DNA from: Thermoplasmatota archaeon
Lineage (GTDB): Archaea > Thermoplasmatota > Penumbrarchaeia > Penumbrarchaeales > Penumbrarchaeaceae
DNA: 64,000 nucleotides
Direction: 5' to 3'
Assembly (NCBI GenBank): GCA_965234725.1
Contig: CBDDUX010000029.1
Span: forward strand, 1,752 to 65,751
Part shown: positions 36,911 through 47,300 of the stretch, piece after piece
Layout: each line of letters opens with the position of its first letter
Position numbering within the stretch: position 1 is the first letter of the stretch
Position numbers and translations under genes: made by a program
Notes under the pieces: model-generated
Seen by the model: the letters and a program-made list of their open reading frames with translations, nothing else
What the model was told of the DNA's origin: nothing
The model's database searches: none

Positions 36911-38086
36911 ATGAGACAACAGATCTGTCCCGAAATAATGAAAGGATACATGAAAAGGATCGATACCTTCCATTTCGAGGAATGCGGCACCACATCCAGC
37001 GATCCACATGTTTTCAAGAACTCGGATGATGTGCTATCGAGATCGATCCCCATGGCTGTTGAAAATAGAAAAGAATTCGGTCTTGACGGACTAGTTAAAG
37101 GGCTCAATGCTGTGATCATCAATACAGAGGATCATAATTTCAATTCAGCGGTTAAGGAACTCCTGGACTTCACAGGCCTACGTCTTCATTCATCATTTGA
37201 TAATGAAAGGAAAATGGAAGCCATTTTGAAGGTAGAGGATTCAGCCGATTTCATAGTCAGGCATAGAAGATCGGGAGAAAACCCATTCCAGCCCTACAAC
37301 ATTGCCCCAAAAACAAAGGACCTCCCAAATACCAGACTGGAGACATTGATTTTCGAGACCTCGAACATTGAGAGGTATTTCGGGATCCAGAAGGAAAGGG
37401 GCGTACGATTCTTCACGGAGGAGATAATTCACATGGATGATTACTCCTTCATCCAAACAATCCCCTCCTCTTTCACAGGAAATTCGATCGGTTTCATCGA
37501 ATGGAAGGGGAAGAAGGGGGCATATATCTCCAACGAGGATAATGAGATCGATCTGGATCTGGAGAAATCGACCTCGGACTATTTGAAGAATGTCAAATAC
37601 CTTGACCATACCGCAACAAGGTTGGAATCACAGAACAGGGATGCAGCGATAATTGAGTTCATGGAACTCACCAATTACAAGTTCGATTTTGCAATCTATG
37701 TGGAGAACTTCAATTCAATCACCAACGTTGCCAGGCTCTCCGATAAGGACTATGCACAGGTCTTTACAACAGGTATCTCTCCCTTTAAAAATATTGAAGA
37801 GTGCGGTCCAACGGAGAAATACGTTCACAACTACGGACCAAGGATCCATCATGTCGCCTTCCATACCGAAAATATTGAGGATACCTATGAGGGGCTCATT
37901 CAGGATGGGATGGGATTTCTGATAGATCTTGTGGGATCTCCTGACGAAGGGCTGAAGCAAACATTCACAAAGGGAAGTAAGAATACGTTCCTTGTCAATG
38001 AGTACATCCACAGATATGGTGATTTTGACGGATTCTTCACCAGATCAAATGTTACTGACCTGACAAGAGCAACCGGGGCCCAGTAA
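36911..38086 (+). CDS. VOC-superfamily dioxygenase, 4-hydroxyphenylpyruvate-dioxygenase-like
   Basis: C-terminal half RIHHVAFHTENIEDTYEGLIQDGMGFL...GLKQTFT...VNEYIHRYGDFDGFFTRSNVTDL resembles the HPPD metal-binding and C-terminal motifs. The assignment is only family-level. Confidence 0.4.
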   Translation: MRQQICPEIMKGYMKRIDTFHFEECGTTSSDPHVFKNSDDVLSRSIPMAVENRKEFGLDGLVKGLNAVIINTEDHNFNSAVKELLDFTGLRLHSSFDNERKMEAILKVEDSADFIVRHRRSGENPFQPYNIAPKTKDLPNTRLETLIFETSNIERYFGIQKERGVRFFTEEIIHMDDYSFIQTIPSSFTGNSIGFIEWKGKKGAYISNEDNEIDLDLEKSTSDYLKNVKYLDHTATRLESQNRDAAIIEFMELTNYKFDFAIYVENFNSITNVARLSDKDYAQVFTTGISPFKNIEECGPTEKYVHNYGPRIHHVAFHTENIEDTYEGLIQDGMGFLIDLVGSPDEGLKQTFTKGSKNTFLVNEYIHRYGDFDGFFTRSNVTDLTRATGAQ

Positions 38087-38091
38087 GGACA

Positions 38092-38838
38092 TCAGAAGAT
38101 CGGTACCTCTTCATCACTGTTCCTGTAGCTTTCTATCTGATCTAACAGATCCTTTGCAGAAGAGATGAGATGGTCCCTGTGATATTCCATCTCACGATGG
38201 AGAAGGAAAATCCTCACCACATCACCAAGGGCCATGTGTGGTTCAAGATGTTGACTGTACTCGGAAGGTAGTTCATATTGGAAATGATGTGAACGGATCT
38301 TCGTCTGATCCGTTTTGAAACCCATGGCGAGGGATATCTTGTCCAGAGAGAGGTCCTGACCCACTTCCCTCCTTAATTCCCTTTGAAGGTCCTTTACCTT
38401 TATCGATGATACATCCATTCCAGCTTTCGTAAGAAGGTTCAGGTCCTCCTGCGCTCCGAAGAAAACCATTTCCTCCGGATCATGTTCCGCCAAAACATCC
38501 TCACAAAAACCGCCCAGAGCTTTGAAAGCCTTCTTGGCGATCGATCTGATCTCATGACGCTCTTTATGGGATATTCTGAACCTTGGATCGTAGGACTTGG
38601 AACATTTCTGTGATGGATTGTAGACCTTCTCCTCTAACCCGATCGGATTCCCCAAAGAATCACAAGAGTTCTTTCTGACAACAAGTTCCCCATCGAAATC
38701 GAACTCGGTTTCCCTTATGTCGATCACTTTTCCATTACCATCACTGATAAGGATGCCAGCCTCCAGAGGGACGAAATCCCTCCTGTAGGATCCGAAGATC
38801 TGTCCGAACTCCAGGTCCATATAGCCAAATCTATCCAC
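38092..38838 (-). CDS. Hypothetical protein with DEDDh 3'-5' exonuclease-like motifs
   Basis: Candidate Exo I (YMDLEF), Exo II (GAQEDLNLL) and Exo III (HMALGDVVRIFLL = H-x4-D) in the right order and spacing. By eye only. Confidence 0.4.
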   Translation of the reverse strand: MDRFGYMDLEFGQIFGSYRRDFVPLEAGILISDGNGKVIDIRETEFDFDGELVVRKNSCDSLGNPIGLEEKVYNPSQKCSKSYDPRFRISHKERHEIRSIAKKAFKALGGFCEDVLAEHDPEEMVFFGAQEDLNLLTKAGMDVSSIKVKDLQRELRREVGQDLSLDKISLAMGFKTDQTKIRSHHFQYELPSEYSQHLEPHMALGDVVRIFLLHREMEYHRDHLISSAKDLLDQIESYRNSDEEVPIF

Positions 38839-39075
38839 GGCTATAACAACACCTCTTTAGGAACCAATGGGGATGGGGCTCATTTATTTTCTATTTTTTC
38901 CTGGACTGCCATTTGTAACATTTTTTTTAAATAATGATCTGAAAAATAACATTGATTCGTGTTGTTAGTCACATGCTATATGTATTTTGTCCAGTAGCTA
39001 TACAGTTATATTCAATGAATATATTCCCGGAACAACAATGGAGGTGGTAATATCAGTGAGAGTAAGAAAATAGTT

Positions 39076-40749
39076 GTGATTGGTGGTTCGGCTGCTGGAC
39101 CCAAGGCTGCATCAAGGGCAAGAAGGATCGATCCTGAGGCGGAGATCACGATCATCCAGAAGGAGAACGACTTATCGATGGCTTCCTGCGGGTACCCCTA
39201 CTATGTCGGTGGTGTTTTCGACGAGAGGAGCAAACTGATCTGTACTCCTACCGGAGTCATCAGGGATCCGAACTTCTTCAAGAACGCCAAGGACATAAGG
39301 GCAATGACAAATACTGAGGCCACAAGGATAGATGTCGAAGGGAGATCGGTTGCATACAAGGATCTGAAAACAGGTGAAGGAGGGAGCATATCCTACGATA
39401 AGCTAATAATCGCAACCGGGGCCGTTCCTCGGATGCCTCCTGTAAAAGGTCTGGACCTTGAAGGGATAACCACCCTCCAATCCCTCAGGGATGCTGATTA
39501 TCTGAGAAAGGTCAGAGATGATGGGAAGATCAAGAAGGCCGTGGTTGTTGGCGGAGGTCTGATCGGTCTTGAAACATGCGAGGCCCTTCAACTTGCCGGA
39601 ATCGAGATCACTGTCATTGAGATGATGCCCCAGATACTGATGTTCCTGGACTGGCAACTTGCAAAGATACTGGAGAACAACATCAAGAGCTGGGCCGCGA
39701 ATGTGATCACGGAAAATGCAGTGGTCGAATTCTTAGGAGAGAATGGAAAACTGACAGGTGTGAAGTTGGCAAACGGAACCGAGCTTACATGCGAGTTGGC
39801 AGTTATTTCAATAGGAGTCAAGCCAAATGTCGAACTTGCAAAGGAAGCAGGGATCGAAGTGGGAGAGACCGGAGGAATCAAAGTTGATGAACATATGGAA
39901 ACATCGATCCCCGGCGTGTATGCCATCGGAGACTGCATAGAGGTTCCAAATCTTGTATCCGGGAAGAAGGTCCTGGCCCCCTACGGGGACCTGGCAAACC
40001 TGGAAGGCAGGGTCGCCGGTGAGAATGCCGTTTCAGGGAATGTGGCAAGATTTCCGGGCACTACACTCACGGGAGTATGCAAGGTATTCAACTATCAGGC
40101 AGGGACGACGGGTCTTTCAGAGAAACAGGCAAAGGAGGCTGGTTTCGATCCTGTAAGCGTCATATCAGCAGGTCCCGATAAACCGGGCTTCATGGGCGGT
40201 CTTCTCCTAATAAGCAAGATGACAGCGGATAGAAAGACCGGCAGGATACTGGGATACCAGTGTATAGGGCCGGGAGATGTTTCAAAGCAGGTCGCACAGG
40301 CTGCCATCGCGGTGAAGGCGGGAATGAAAGTAGAGGACATGATTAATGCCGACCTCCCCTATGCTCCGCCTTTCACATTAGCCATTGACAACACCATTTC
40401 GGTTTCCCATGTGCTTCAGAACAAGATGCGCGGATTGATGAATGGGATATCAGCTGTTGATGTGAAAAAGAAGCTCGATGCAGGAGAAAAACCATATATC
40501 ATCGACATGAGAGGACCCGACGAGTTCGAAGCAATGAGGCTGGGAATAGGAGAGGTCCTCATCCCACTGGGAGCATTGAGGAAGAGGATCAACGAGCTCC
40601 CGGATGATAAGAATGCCGAGATCATAACATATTGCAAGATCTCTCTTAGAGGTTATGAAGGTGCCAGATATATACAATCACTCGGTTATTCAAATGTGAA
40701 GGTAATGGAAGGGGGCATCATGGCCTGGCCATACCCGAGAGAGAAATGA
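39076..40749 (+). CDS. CoA-disulfide reductase / NADH-oxidase-family flavoprotein with C-terminal rhodanese domain; N-terminus probably a few codons longer
   Basis: GGSAAGPKAA (FAD fold), redox Cys in SMASCGYPYYVGG, second Rossmann VVVGGGLIGLE, GDC motif AIGDCIEV. Rhodanese loop YCKISLRGYEGA. The in-frame upstream SKKIVV completes strand beta-1 but has no canonical start. Confidence 0.85.
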   Translation: MIGGSAAGPKAASRARRIDPEAEITIIQKENDLSMASCGYPYYVGGVFDERSKLICTPTGVIRDPNFFKNAKDIRAMTNTEATRIDVEGRSVAYKDLKTGEGGSISYDKLIIATGAVPRMPPVKGLDLEGITTLQSLRDADYLRKVRDDGKIKKAVVVGGGLIGLETCEALQLAGIEITVIEMMPQILMFLDWQLAKILENNIKSWAANVITENAVVEFLGENGKLTGVKLANGTELTCELAVISIGVKPNVELAKEAGIEVGETGGIKVDEHMETSIPGVYAIGDCIEVPNLVSGKKVLAPYGDLANLEGRVAGENAVSGNVARFPGTTLTGVCKVFNYQAGTTGLSEKQAKEAGFDPVSVISAGPDKPGFMGGLLLISKMTADRKTGRILGYQCIGPGDVSKQVAQAAIAVKAGMKVEDMINADLPYAPPFTLAIDNTISVSHVLQNKMRGLMNGISAVDVKKKLDAGEKPYIIDMRGPDEFEAMRLGIGEVLIPLGALRKRINELPDDKNAEIITYCKISLRGYEGARYIQSLGYSNVKVMEGGIMAWPYPREK

Positions 40750-40791
40750 GATTGAACAAACCGATTTAAAACATTATGATCATTAACAGGC

Positions 40792-41448
40792 ATGGATGAT
40801 AGAGGCATCTCAAAGGCGCTTGAATTAGTAAAAGAAGAATATCCGAATTACAGGCCCCCACTAATATCCGAGATGGTCCTGAAGAGAAAGGACCCGTTCA
40901 GGATACTGATCGGGACAATACTATCTCTCAGGACAAAGGACGAAGTGACTTCAGTTGCGTCTAAGAGGTTATTCGAAGAAGCCGATACTCCCGAGGGCAT
41001 ACTTGCCCTTCCTACTGACAGGATAGAGGAGCTGATCTATCCCGTAGGCTTCTACAGGAACAAGGCATCAAACCTCCATTCCATATGCAGAGACCTCCTG
41101 GACAGGTTCGATGGAGAAGTCCCTGATGAGCTAGATGACCTCCTGTCAATGAAAGGGGTGGGAAGAAAGACAGCCAACCTCGTTATAACGATGGGGTATA
41201 ATAAGCCGGGAATTTGTGTTGATACCCATGTCCACAGGATCTGCAACAGGTTCGGATATGTGGAGACCAAAACACCGGATGAAACAGAGATGGCTTTGAG
41301 AAAGAAGCTCCCCGCTGACCTCTGGATCGAGATCAACGATCTCCTTGTGGTATGGGGCCAGAACATATGCAAACCAATTTCTCCGCTTTGTTCACAATGT
41401 GTTGTGAACGGTATCTGTGAGAGAATAGGGGTTGGCAAGAGCAGGTGA
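40792..41448 (+). CDS. nth: Endonuclease III (DNA-(apurinic/apyrimidinic site) lyase)
   Basis: HhH-GPD ([15 protein letters not shown]...VDTHVHR) and 4Fe-4S cluster loop [17 protein letters not shown]. Confidence 0.9.
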   Translation: MDDRGISKALELVKEEYPNYRPPLISEMVLKRKDPFRILIGTILSLRTKDEVTSVASKRLFEEADTPEGILALPTDRIEELIYPVGFYRNKASNLHSICRDLLDRFDGEVPDELDDLLSMKGVGRKTANLVITMGYNKPGICVDTHVHRICNRFGYVETKTPDETEMALRKKLPADLWIEINDLLVVWGQNICKPISPLCSQCVVNGICERIGVGKSR

Positions 41449-41452
41449 GTTC

Positions 41453-42292
41453 ATGGAAGATAGAACAAAGGTCATCCTTCTTGGAACGGGAACACCCAAT
41501 TCCGAACCCGATCGGTCAGGATCCTGTATTGCGGTGGTTGTTGATGATCGACCCTACCTTTTCGATGCGGGGCCTGGGTTGGTTAGACGGGCGGAATCTG
41601 CTTTCAGAAGTGGGATCAAAGGACTGGGACTCCCCGGATTGAACAGGGTATTCCTTACCCACCTCCATTCGGATCATACCACCGGACTGCCCGACCTTCT
41701 CCTAGCCCCCTGGGTCCTGGGGAGAAGTGATCCTCTGGAAGTGATCGGCCCTCCAGGGACCTCATCGATGATGGAGCATATTCATGTAGCTTTCAAAGAA
41801 GATATCAAGGTAAGGACGGAAGGACTGGAACATGCAAATGGAACCGGTCACAGGTTCATTGTCAAAGAGATTAAAGAAGGACCTGTTTACAGGGATGAGA
41901 GGATCTCAGTAGAAGCATTCCGCGTTAAACATACCAGCTTCCGCCATGCATTCGGATACAAGATAAGGACCCCGGACAGGGCAATTGCCATCTCGGGAGA
42001 TTGTTCCCCCGGCAAGGATTATGTAAATAATTACAGGGACCTGGACCTTCTTGTTCACGAAGTGTATTCGTCCAAGGGATTCGAAGGGAAGGACCAAAGA
42101 TGGAAGAAATACCATTCGAATGCCCATACCTCCTCTAAGGAGCTTTCAGAGATATTGAATGAGGTCCGTCCGGGATTGACCGTTCTCTATCATCAACTAT
42201 TGTGGGGGGTTTCTCCTGAGGACCTTCTGGAAGAGATCAACGGATCATACGATGGGATGGTTGTTTTTGGCAAGGACCTTGATGTTTTTTAA
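41453..42292 (+). CDS. MBL-fold metallo-hydrolase (RNase Z / beta-lactamase-like)
   Basis: VILLGTGTP...FLTHLHSDHTTGL (HxHxDH). I prefer the ATG at 41453 (SD-like AGGTGA at 41443-41448) over the TTG at 41432, which overlaps nth. Confidence 0.75.
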   Translation: MEDRTKVILLGTGTPNSEPDRSGSCIAVVVDDRPYLFDAGPGLVRRAESAFRSGIKGLGLPGLNRVFLTHLHSDHTTGLPDLLLAPWVLGRSDPLEVIGPPGTSSMMEHIHVAFKEDIKVRTEGLEHANGTGHRFIVKEIKEGPVYRDERISVEAFRVKHTSFRHAFGYKIRTPDRAIAISGDCSPGKDYVNNYRDLDLLVHEVYSSKGFEGKDQRWKKYHSNAHTSSKELSEILNEVRPGLTVLYHQLLWGVSPEDLLEEINGSYDGMVVFGKDLDVF

Positions 42293-42416
42293 GTTCAAAC
42301 ATAGAAGGCTTTACTACCCCTAATATTCAAAACAAAAAATTTTTATATCACCATTATATTATACAACCTGCAGTTGTTGTCTCTATGAAAGCAACATGAA
42401 AATGAGGTGATGAAAA

Positions 42417-42920
42417 ATGACCGAAGACAACAGGTTGACGGCAAGGGACAATGACCGAAGAGGTGTCTCTCCCTTCGGTCTCTGGAGCGATGTTGATGAT
42501 CTTTTCGATGCATTCAGAGGCGACATCGACAGGATATTCATGGACCCCTGGGCGAGGACCACAATAAGACCCATCAAGGTGAGGGCTCAGGCCACCTACA
42601 TGCCCATGAACATGGAAGATGCAGGTGACAAATTGATGCTGACAGTGGAGATGCCCGGTGTAAAGAAGGAAGATATCAAGCTCTCCATCAATGAGGACAT
42701 ACTCACGATTCGTGTGGACTCAAAAGAGGAGAAGAAGGAAGAGAAGAAGAACTATCTTCTCAGAGAGAGGTCCTCATACAAATGCGAAAGGTCCGTAAGA
42801 CTTCCAGCAGAGGTCCAGGGAGAAAATGTCGGAGCGAAGATGGAGGAAGGAGTTCTTCATATAACGCTTCCCAAGGTCCACCCGAAGAAGAAGGAGACAC
42901 ACGAGATCAAGATCTCCTGA
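42417..42920 (+). CDS. hsp20: Small heat-shock protein, Hsp20/alpha-crystallin family
   Basis: Alpha-crystallin core ..MPMNMEDAGDKLMLTVEMPGVKKEDIKLSINEDILTI...RSVRLPAEV...AKMEEGVLHITLPK. Confidence 0.88.
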   Translation: MTEDNRLTARDNDRRGVSPFGLWSDVDDLFDAFRGDIDRIFMDPWARTTIRPIKVRAQATYMPMNMEDAGDKLMLTVEMPGVKKEDIKLSINEDILTIRVDSKEEKKEEKKNYLLRERSSYKCERSVRLPAEVQGENVGAKMEEGVLHITLPKVHPKKKETHEIKIS

Positions 42921-43106
42921 TTCTAACGTTGAATCCCCCGGGGGCCGGGATCCAACACCAAACCCCACACTCTCTTTCCCCCAAACCCCGGCCCCCAATA
43001 TATTTATGTGAATTTTTAATCAAATCTTTTAATACAATAAAGGTAAAGGATATTATCCCCTCCACCGATATTGACATACCGCAAAGTAGCGGAACGGGGA
43101 AGAAGG

Positions 43107-44336
43107 ATGTTGAAGATCTTTGTGATCCAGCTGATCTCGGTTATGATCATGCTTTCATTCATCTTCGCCTCAGGAAAGGACCTTTCGGACCTTCCGGGCG
43201 ATGATGAGGACATTATCGGATACTGGATATTTGATGAAGGGACGGGGGAGAACACAACCGACCTGGCGAATGGAAAAACAATGGTCCTCGGGACCTCTTC
43301 ATCGAATGAGGATCAGGACCCGATATGGACGGAAGGTATTGAAGGGAAAGCCCTCCATTTCGATGGGGATGATGATGTGGCGATGGTAAGGAATTTCAAC
43401 CTTCCCTCCTCCGAGATGACCATGTCGTTCTGGATAAATACATCCTGGACAGTTGAAGGAAGGGTCCCTATTTCATATGCGAACATCTACGAGACCAACG
43501 AGTTCATGCTTGAAGATCCGGGGGACTTGAAGGTCCATATCAGAGGATTAACAAGGGATACCGATGTCTCCTTCAATGACGGGAAATGGCACAATATAGT
43601 ACTGACCTGGAGAGTGCTTGACGGGGACCTGAGAATTTACAAGGATACAAAGGAGGAATTCTCCGGGATTCTGGCAGTAGAGAATCCTATCAGGGGAGGT
43701 GGGACCCTTGTAATTGGTAATGATCAGGATGAGGTCGGAGGAGGCTTCGATGCTGACCAGGCCTTCAACGGGACCATTGATGAGCTTCTGATCATGGACA
43801 CCGTCTTGGAGGATGATGACATCTTGGATATTTTCGAGTGGGTATTACCACCTCCAGAGGTGATCGAGGCCACTCCTGAGGGGGGAAGACATCCCAATGC
43901 CACCATGATCAACATCACATTCAACGTTGACATGGACCGGTCCTCTGTCGAAGAAGCGTTCTCGATCCTGCCCGAGATCAACGGGACCTTCAGGTGGATG
44001 GAGAGGAGCTTCTCCTTCATTCCGGATGAGGACCTGGGATCCGATACGGAATACAAGGTAATGATCTCAAAAGAAGCAAAGGACATCTGGGGAAGGAAGA
44101 TAAAAGATGATATCCAGATCAAGTTCAAGACAGAGAAGATAGAGGAACCCGCACCGGTTGATGATGACGACACCACAACCGATGATGATACCACCGATGA
44201 TGAGGGAACTGACAAGGAGGATGAAAAGGACAATACGGCAACGGTCATGATGGTGCTAGCCCTCCTTGCAGCAGGTATGATCGCGATCATTTTGGCCCTT
44301 GCAGTGATTGCGAAATTGAATCACAGAGAGGACTAA
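43107..44336 (+). CDS. Membrane-anchored surface protein: signal peptide, LamG/concanavalin-A-like (Laminin_G_3) domain, Ig-like (SbsA-type) domain, Asp/Thr-rich stalk, C-terminal TM
   Basis: YWIFDEGTGENTTDLANG...WTEGIEGKALHFDGDDDVAMV...GKWHNIVLTW...GTIDELLIMD is the LamG_3 pattern. Stalk VDDDDTTTDDDTTDDEGTD. TM VMMVLALLAAGMIAIILALAVIA. The ATG at 43107 is preferred over the TTG at 43071. Confidence 0.8.
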   Translation: MLKIFVIQLISVMIMLSFIFASGKDLSDLPGDDEDIIGYWIFDEGTGENTTDLANGKTMVLGTSSSNEDQDPIWTEGIEGKALHFDGDDDVAMVRNFNLPSSEMTMSFWINTSWTVEGRVPISYANIYETNEFMLEDPGDLKVHIRGLTRDTDVSFNDGKWHNIVLTWRVLDGDLRIYKDTKEEFSGILAVENPIRGGGTLVIGNDQDEVGGGFDADQAFNGTIDELLIMDTVLEDDDILDIFEWVLPPPEVIEATPEGGRHPNATMINITFNVDMDRSSVEEAFSILPEINGTFRWMERSFSFIPDEDLGSDTEYKVMISKEAKDIWGRKIKDDIQIKFKTEKIEEPAPVDDDDTTTDDDTTDDEGTDKEDEKDNTATVMMVLALLAAGMIAIILALAVIAKLNHRED

Positions 44337-44379
44337 ACGATCAATGATCGCTCATTTCTCTGAATACCTGATCAAAGGA

Positions 44380-47300
44380 TCAGTCTTCGAAATGGTTCAG
44401 CATCCTGTCGTGGACCTCTCTCTTTTCCGGGTCCAGCAGGATTGTCTTTGCAGTATTGATCTCCCTTATCTTTTCATCGAAATCCGCTTCTGTATTTCGA
44501 TTGGTATTTCGATCCGGATGATAGATCCCCGCAAGGTTCCGATAAGCCTTCTTGATCTCCCAATCAGTGGCATTCCTTGAAACACCAAGGATCTGATAGC
44601 AGTTGATCTCCTTGGGGGACCTTCTGATACCAAATCCGGACATGATCTCTTTCATGGCGGACATATCACCGTATTCAAGCCCTCTTTTCTTCTTTCTCAG
44701 AACAAAGAATACTATGGAAGCTGAGATCGCTATCAATATAAGGATTGTCAAAAAGAAGATGAGGATCCCAGAGTAATTGTTCCCATCACTTTCTTTCTTT
44801 AAGAGTATCACATTTCCCAGATCGGCATTGTTTCCGGGAACAAGCGAAATCGTGGTATTGTAATCCAAAAATCCCTTTGCTTTGATCAGAATGGTCCAGT
44901 TCCCTTCAGGACCGCTGAAGGAGAACCTGCCATCCTCATCTGATAAGTATTCGGTTCCCTGGAAGGTTACCATTGCACCAGAAACAGTATTTCCTCCGGC
45001 ATCCATGATCCTTCCACTGGCAGTTCCAGGACCTACTGTTGTGAACTCATAGGATCCATTCTCCAGGGGATTCCCTGCGAGGTCCACTGCTGAAACATCG
45101 ATGGAATATATTTTCCCGATCTCCCAGACCGGAACCGGAGTGATGTATGCTTTGTTCCCGCTTACAACAGTCAGGAAGGAGATGCCGTCTATCATGACCG
45201 ATACATTGTAGACATTCTCAGAGAAAACGATCTCCAGGTCACTGTCAAGGGGAACCTTATCTCCGGAAGGGACCTTGTAATCGATCCTGGGCGAGACCGT
45301 GTCTGTCGTGAATGTGATATCCTTGGAAGCGGAGTTCCCCGCTTTATCCTCAAGGTAGAATGTGACCACATGGGATCCATCTTTAAGGTCCTTATACTCC
45401 ATAGGGCCTTCCAATTGAACTACAGACCTTCCCCGATCAATGGATATTTCTACTGTTCTGATCGGACTTCCAGTCCCATCCGAGACCCAATCCAGTAGAA
45501 TGCTGTCTTCCTTTAGGTAGGACCCCGATTCCGGAGTGATGGTTATCTCCGGTTGTGTCTGGTCCAGGATCAATGTCAATCTTGCAATTCCATTGTTTCC
45601 TGCCAGGTCCTTGAAGGAGATGAGAACCAGATATTCCCCTTCATCCAGAATGATCACCTCGTAGTCGCTCCTATCGGTTTGAATGGGATCCCTATCCTCC
45701 AAGAAAATGGTGAATCCATCATCAAGTCCCGATAGGTTATCGTAAGCATTCCATGAGATCGGAAAGGACCCGATGTTGGAATATAGGGGACCTGGGGCAT
45801 TAAAAACAAGGTAGGGAGAGGTCCGATCCACTGTGAAATTGACCGATACCTGAGATGATAATGAGATGGGGTTCTCTGACCTGATAGTCACGATGTGATC
45901 CCCCTCTGAAAGGTTCTCCAAATCATAGGAACCAAACTCCACTGGTACCACGAAGGGCTCCTCTTCATCCACCGATATCTCCACGAGAGATACTCCTGTT
46001 TCAACATCGATGCATGACCATTGTAGCTCGACCACCTCATCATTGAGGAAGGACCCTTCGATGGGGGTGTGAATGAAGATATCGGGTCCTGTCCCGTCCG
46101 GGATAGTCGATGCTGGAGCAGAGAGAAGGCCCTCTCCCATATCGTTGTAAGCAGATACCATGAAGGAGTGGATGATCCCATCCGAAAGGGAATGTATGGT
46201 CACCTTGTTCGTATCTGATACATCGAATTTCAGTTGGAAAGGACCTTTCCCCTCCTTCTGATATATCTTATATCCATCGAGGTCCCCTCCATACCTCTTT
46301 TCAGGTTCGGTCCATTCCAGAACAACCGAAGAGGACCCAGGAGTTATAGAAATTAGTTCAGGTGCATCAAAGGTTGGCATCGGGGTCCTGACTAGCGGAT
46401 AAGGATCCGATTCCCCTACTCCATGGAAGAGATATTCCTCATCCACGATTCCATCGAAATCCGTATCGGGAGATGTATGTTCGGAGTAGTGATTTCCCGA
46501 CCCTCCTGCGGAGTAGTAATTATTCTTGGAACCTTTCACCTGGGACGTTTCATAATCGTATTCATTTCCATTTGCGTTATTATTCCTCAGGAATGAATTT
46601 GAGATCACCATATTATCCTCTGCAGTACCGAAGAAATAAAGCCCATAGCCCTTGCTTTTCCAGATTATATTAAAGTTTATTGTCGACTCCCTTGTATCAT
46701 CCAGAGAAACACCAATATCGCAATCTGAAAAATTATTACTGGAAATGACTATGTCTTCCGAACCTCTATCGGTTACTCCTTCACCACAATCTAAAATCAA
46801 GCAGCCAACAATTGTAATATTGTTGGAAGACCTCGAATAAATTCCATAATCCATCCTCATTATTTCCTGATCTCTGATAAGGACATCTTCAGATGAATAT
46901 TGATAGATTCCATACTCAGATTTATTAACTGAATTATTTTCAATAATGCCTTTGTTAGAGTCAGAGAGATATATCCCTCTATTTATTGAATTCAAGGTAT
47001 TTCTTGTTAACAGAAAATCCGTTGAATAGGCCAATGTTACAGCCCTGCTTGAACTTTCAACAATGTTATCTATTATCTTCACATCATTGCAGTAATAACA
47101 CTTAATACAGTCTGTCTCAAAAGAACGGAAGATGTTACCTATGATGCGTAGTTTATTGATGGATCTCATTTGTCCAGGAAATGATATATTGCAATCTTCT
47201 ACCAATAAATTCCTGGAATCTTGAACTTCAAATCCAACCCCGTCATTTAGATCAAATTTACTTCCTATGATCGCAATATCTTCTGAGTTGAAGAGGGTAA

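Noticed and set aside
42931-42953. GC-rich palindrome (cccccggggg / atccc..gggat) after hsp20, considered as a terminator
   Set aside because: The stems are short or have no loop, and no T-run follows. I cannot support it as a terminator.
43724-44290. 188-aa Ser-rich minus-strand ORF
   Set aside because: It is the antisense reading of the Asp/Thr-rich stalk and Ig domain of the LamG protein. The poly-Ser is a compositional mirror of poly-Asp/Glu codons.
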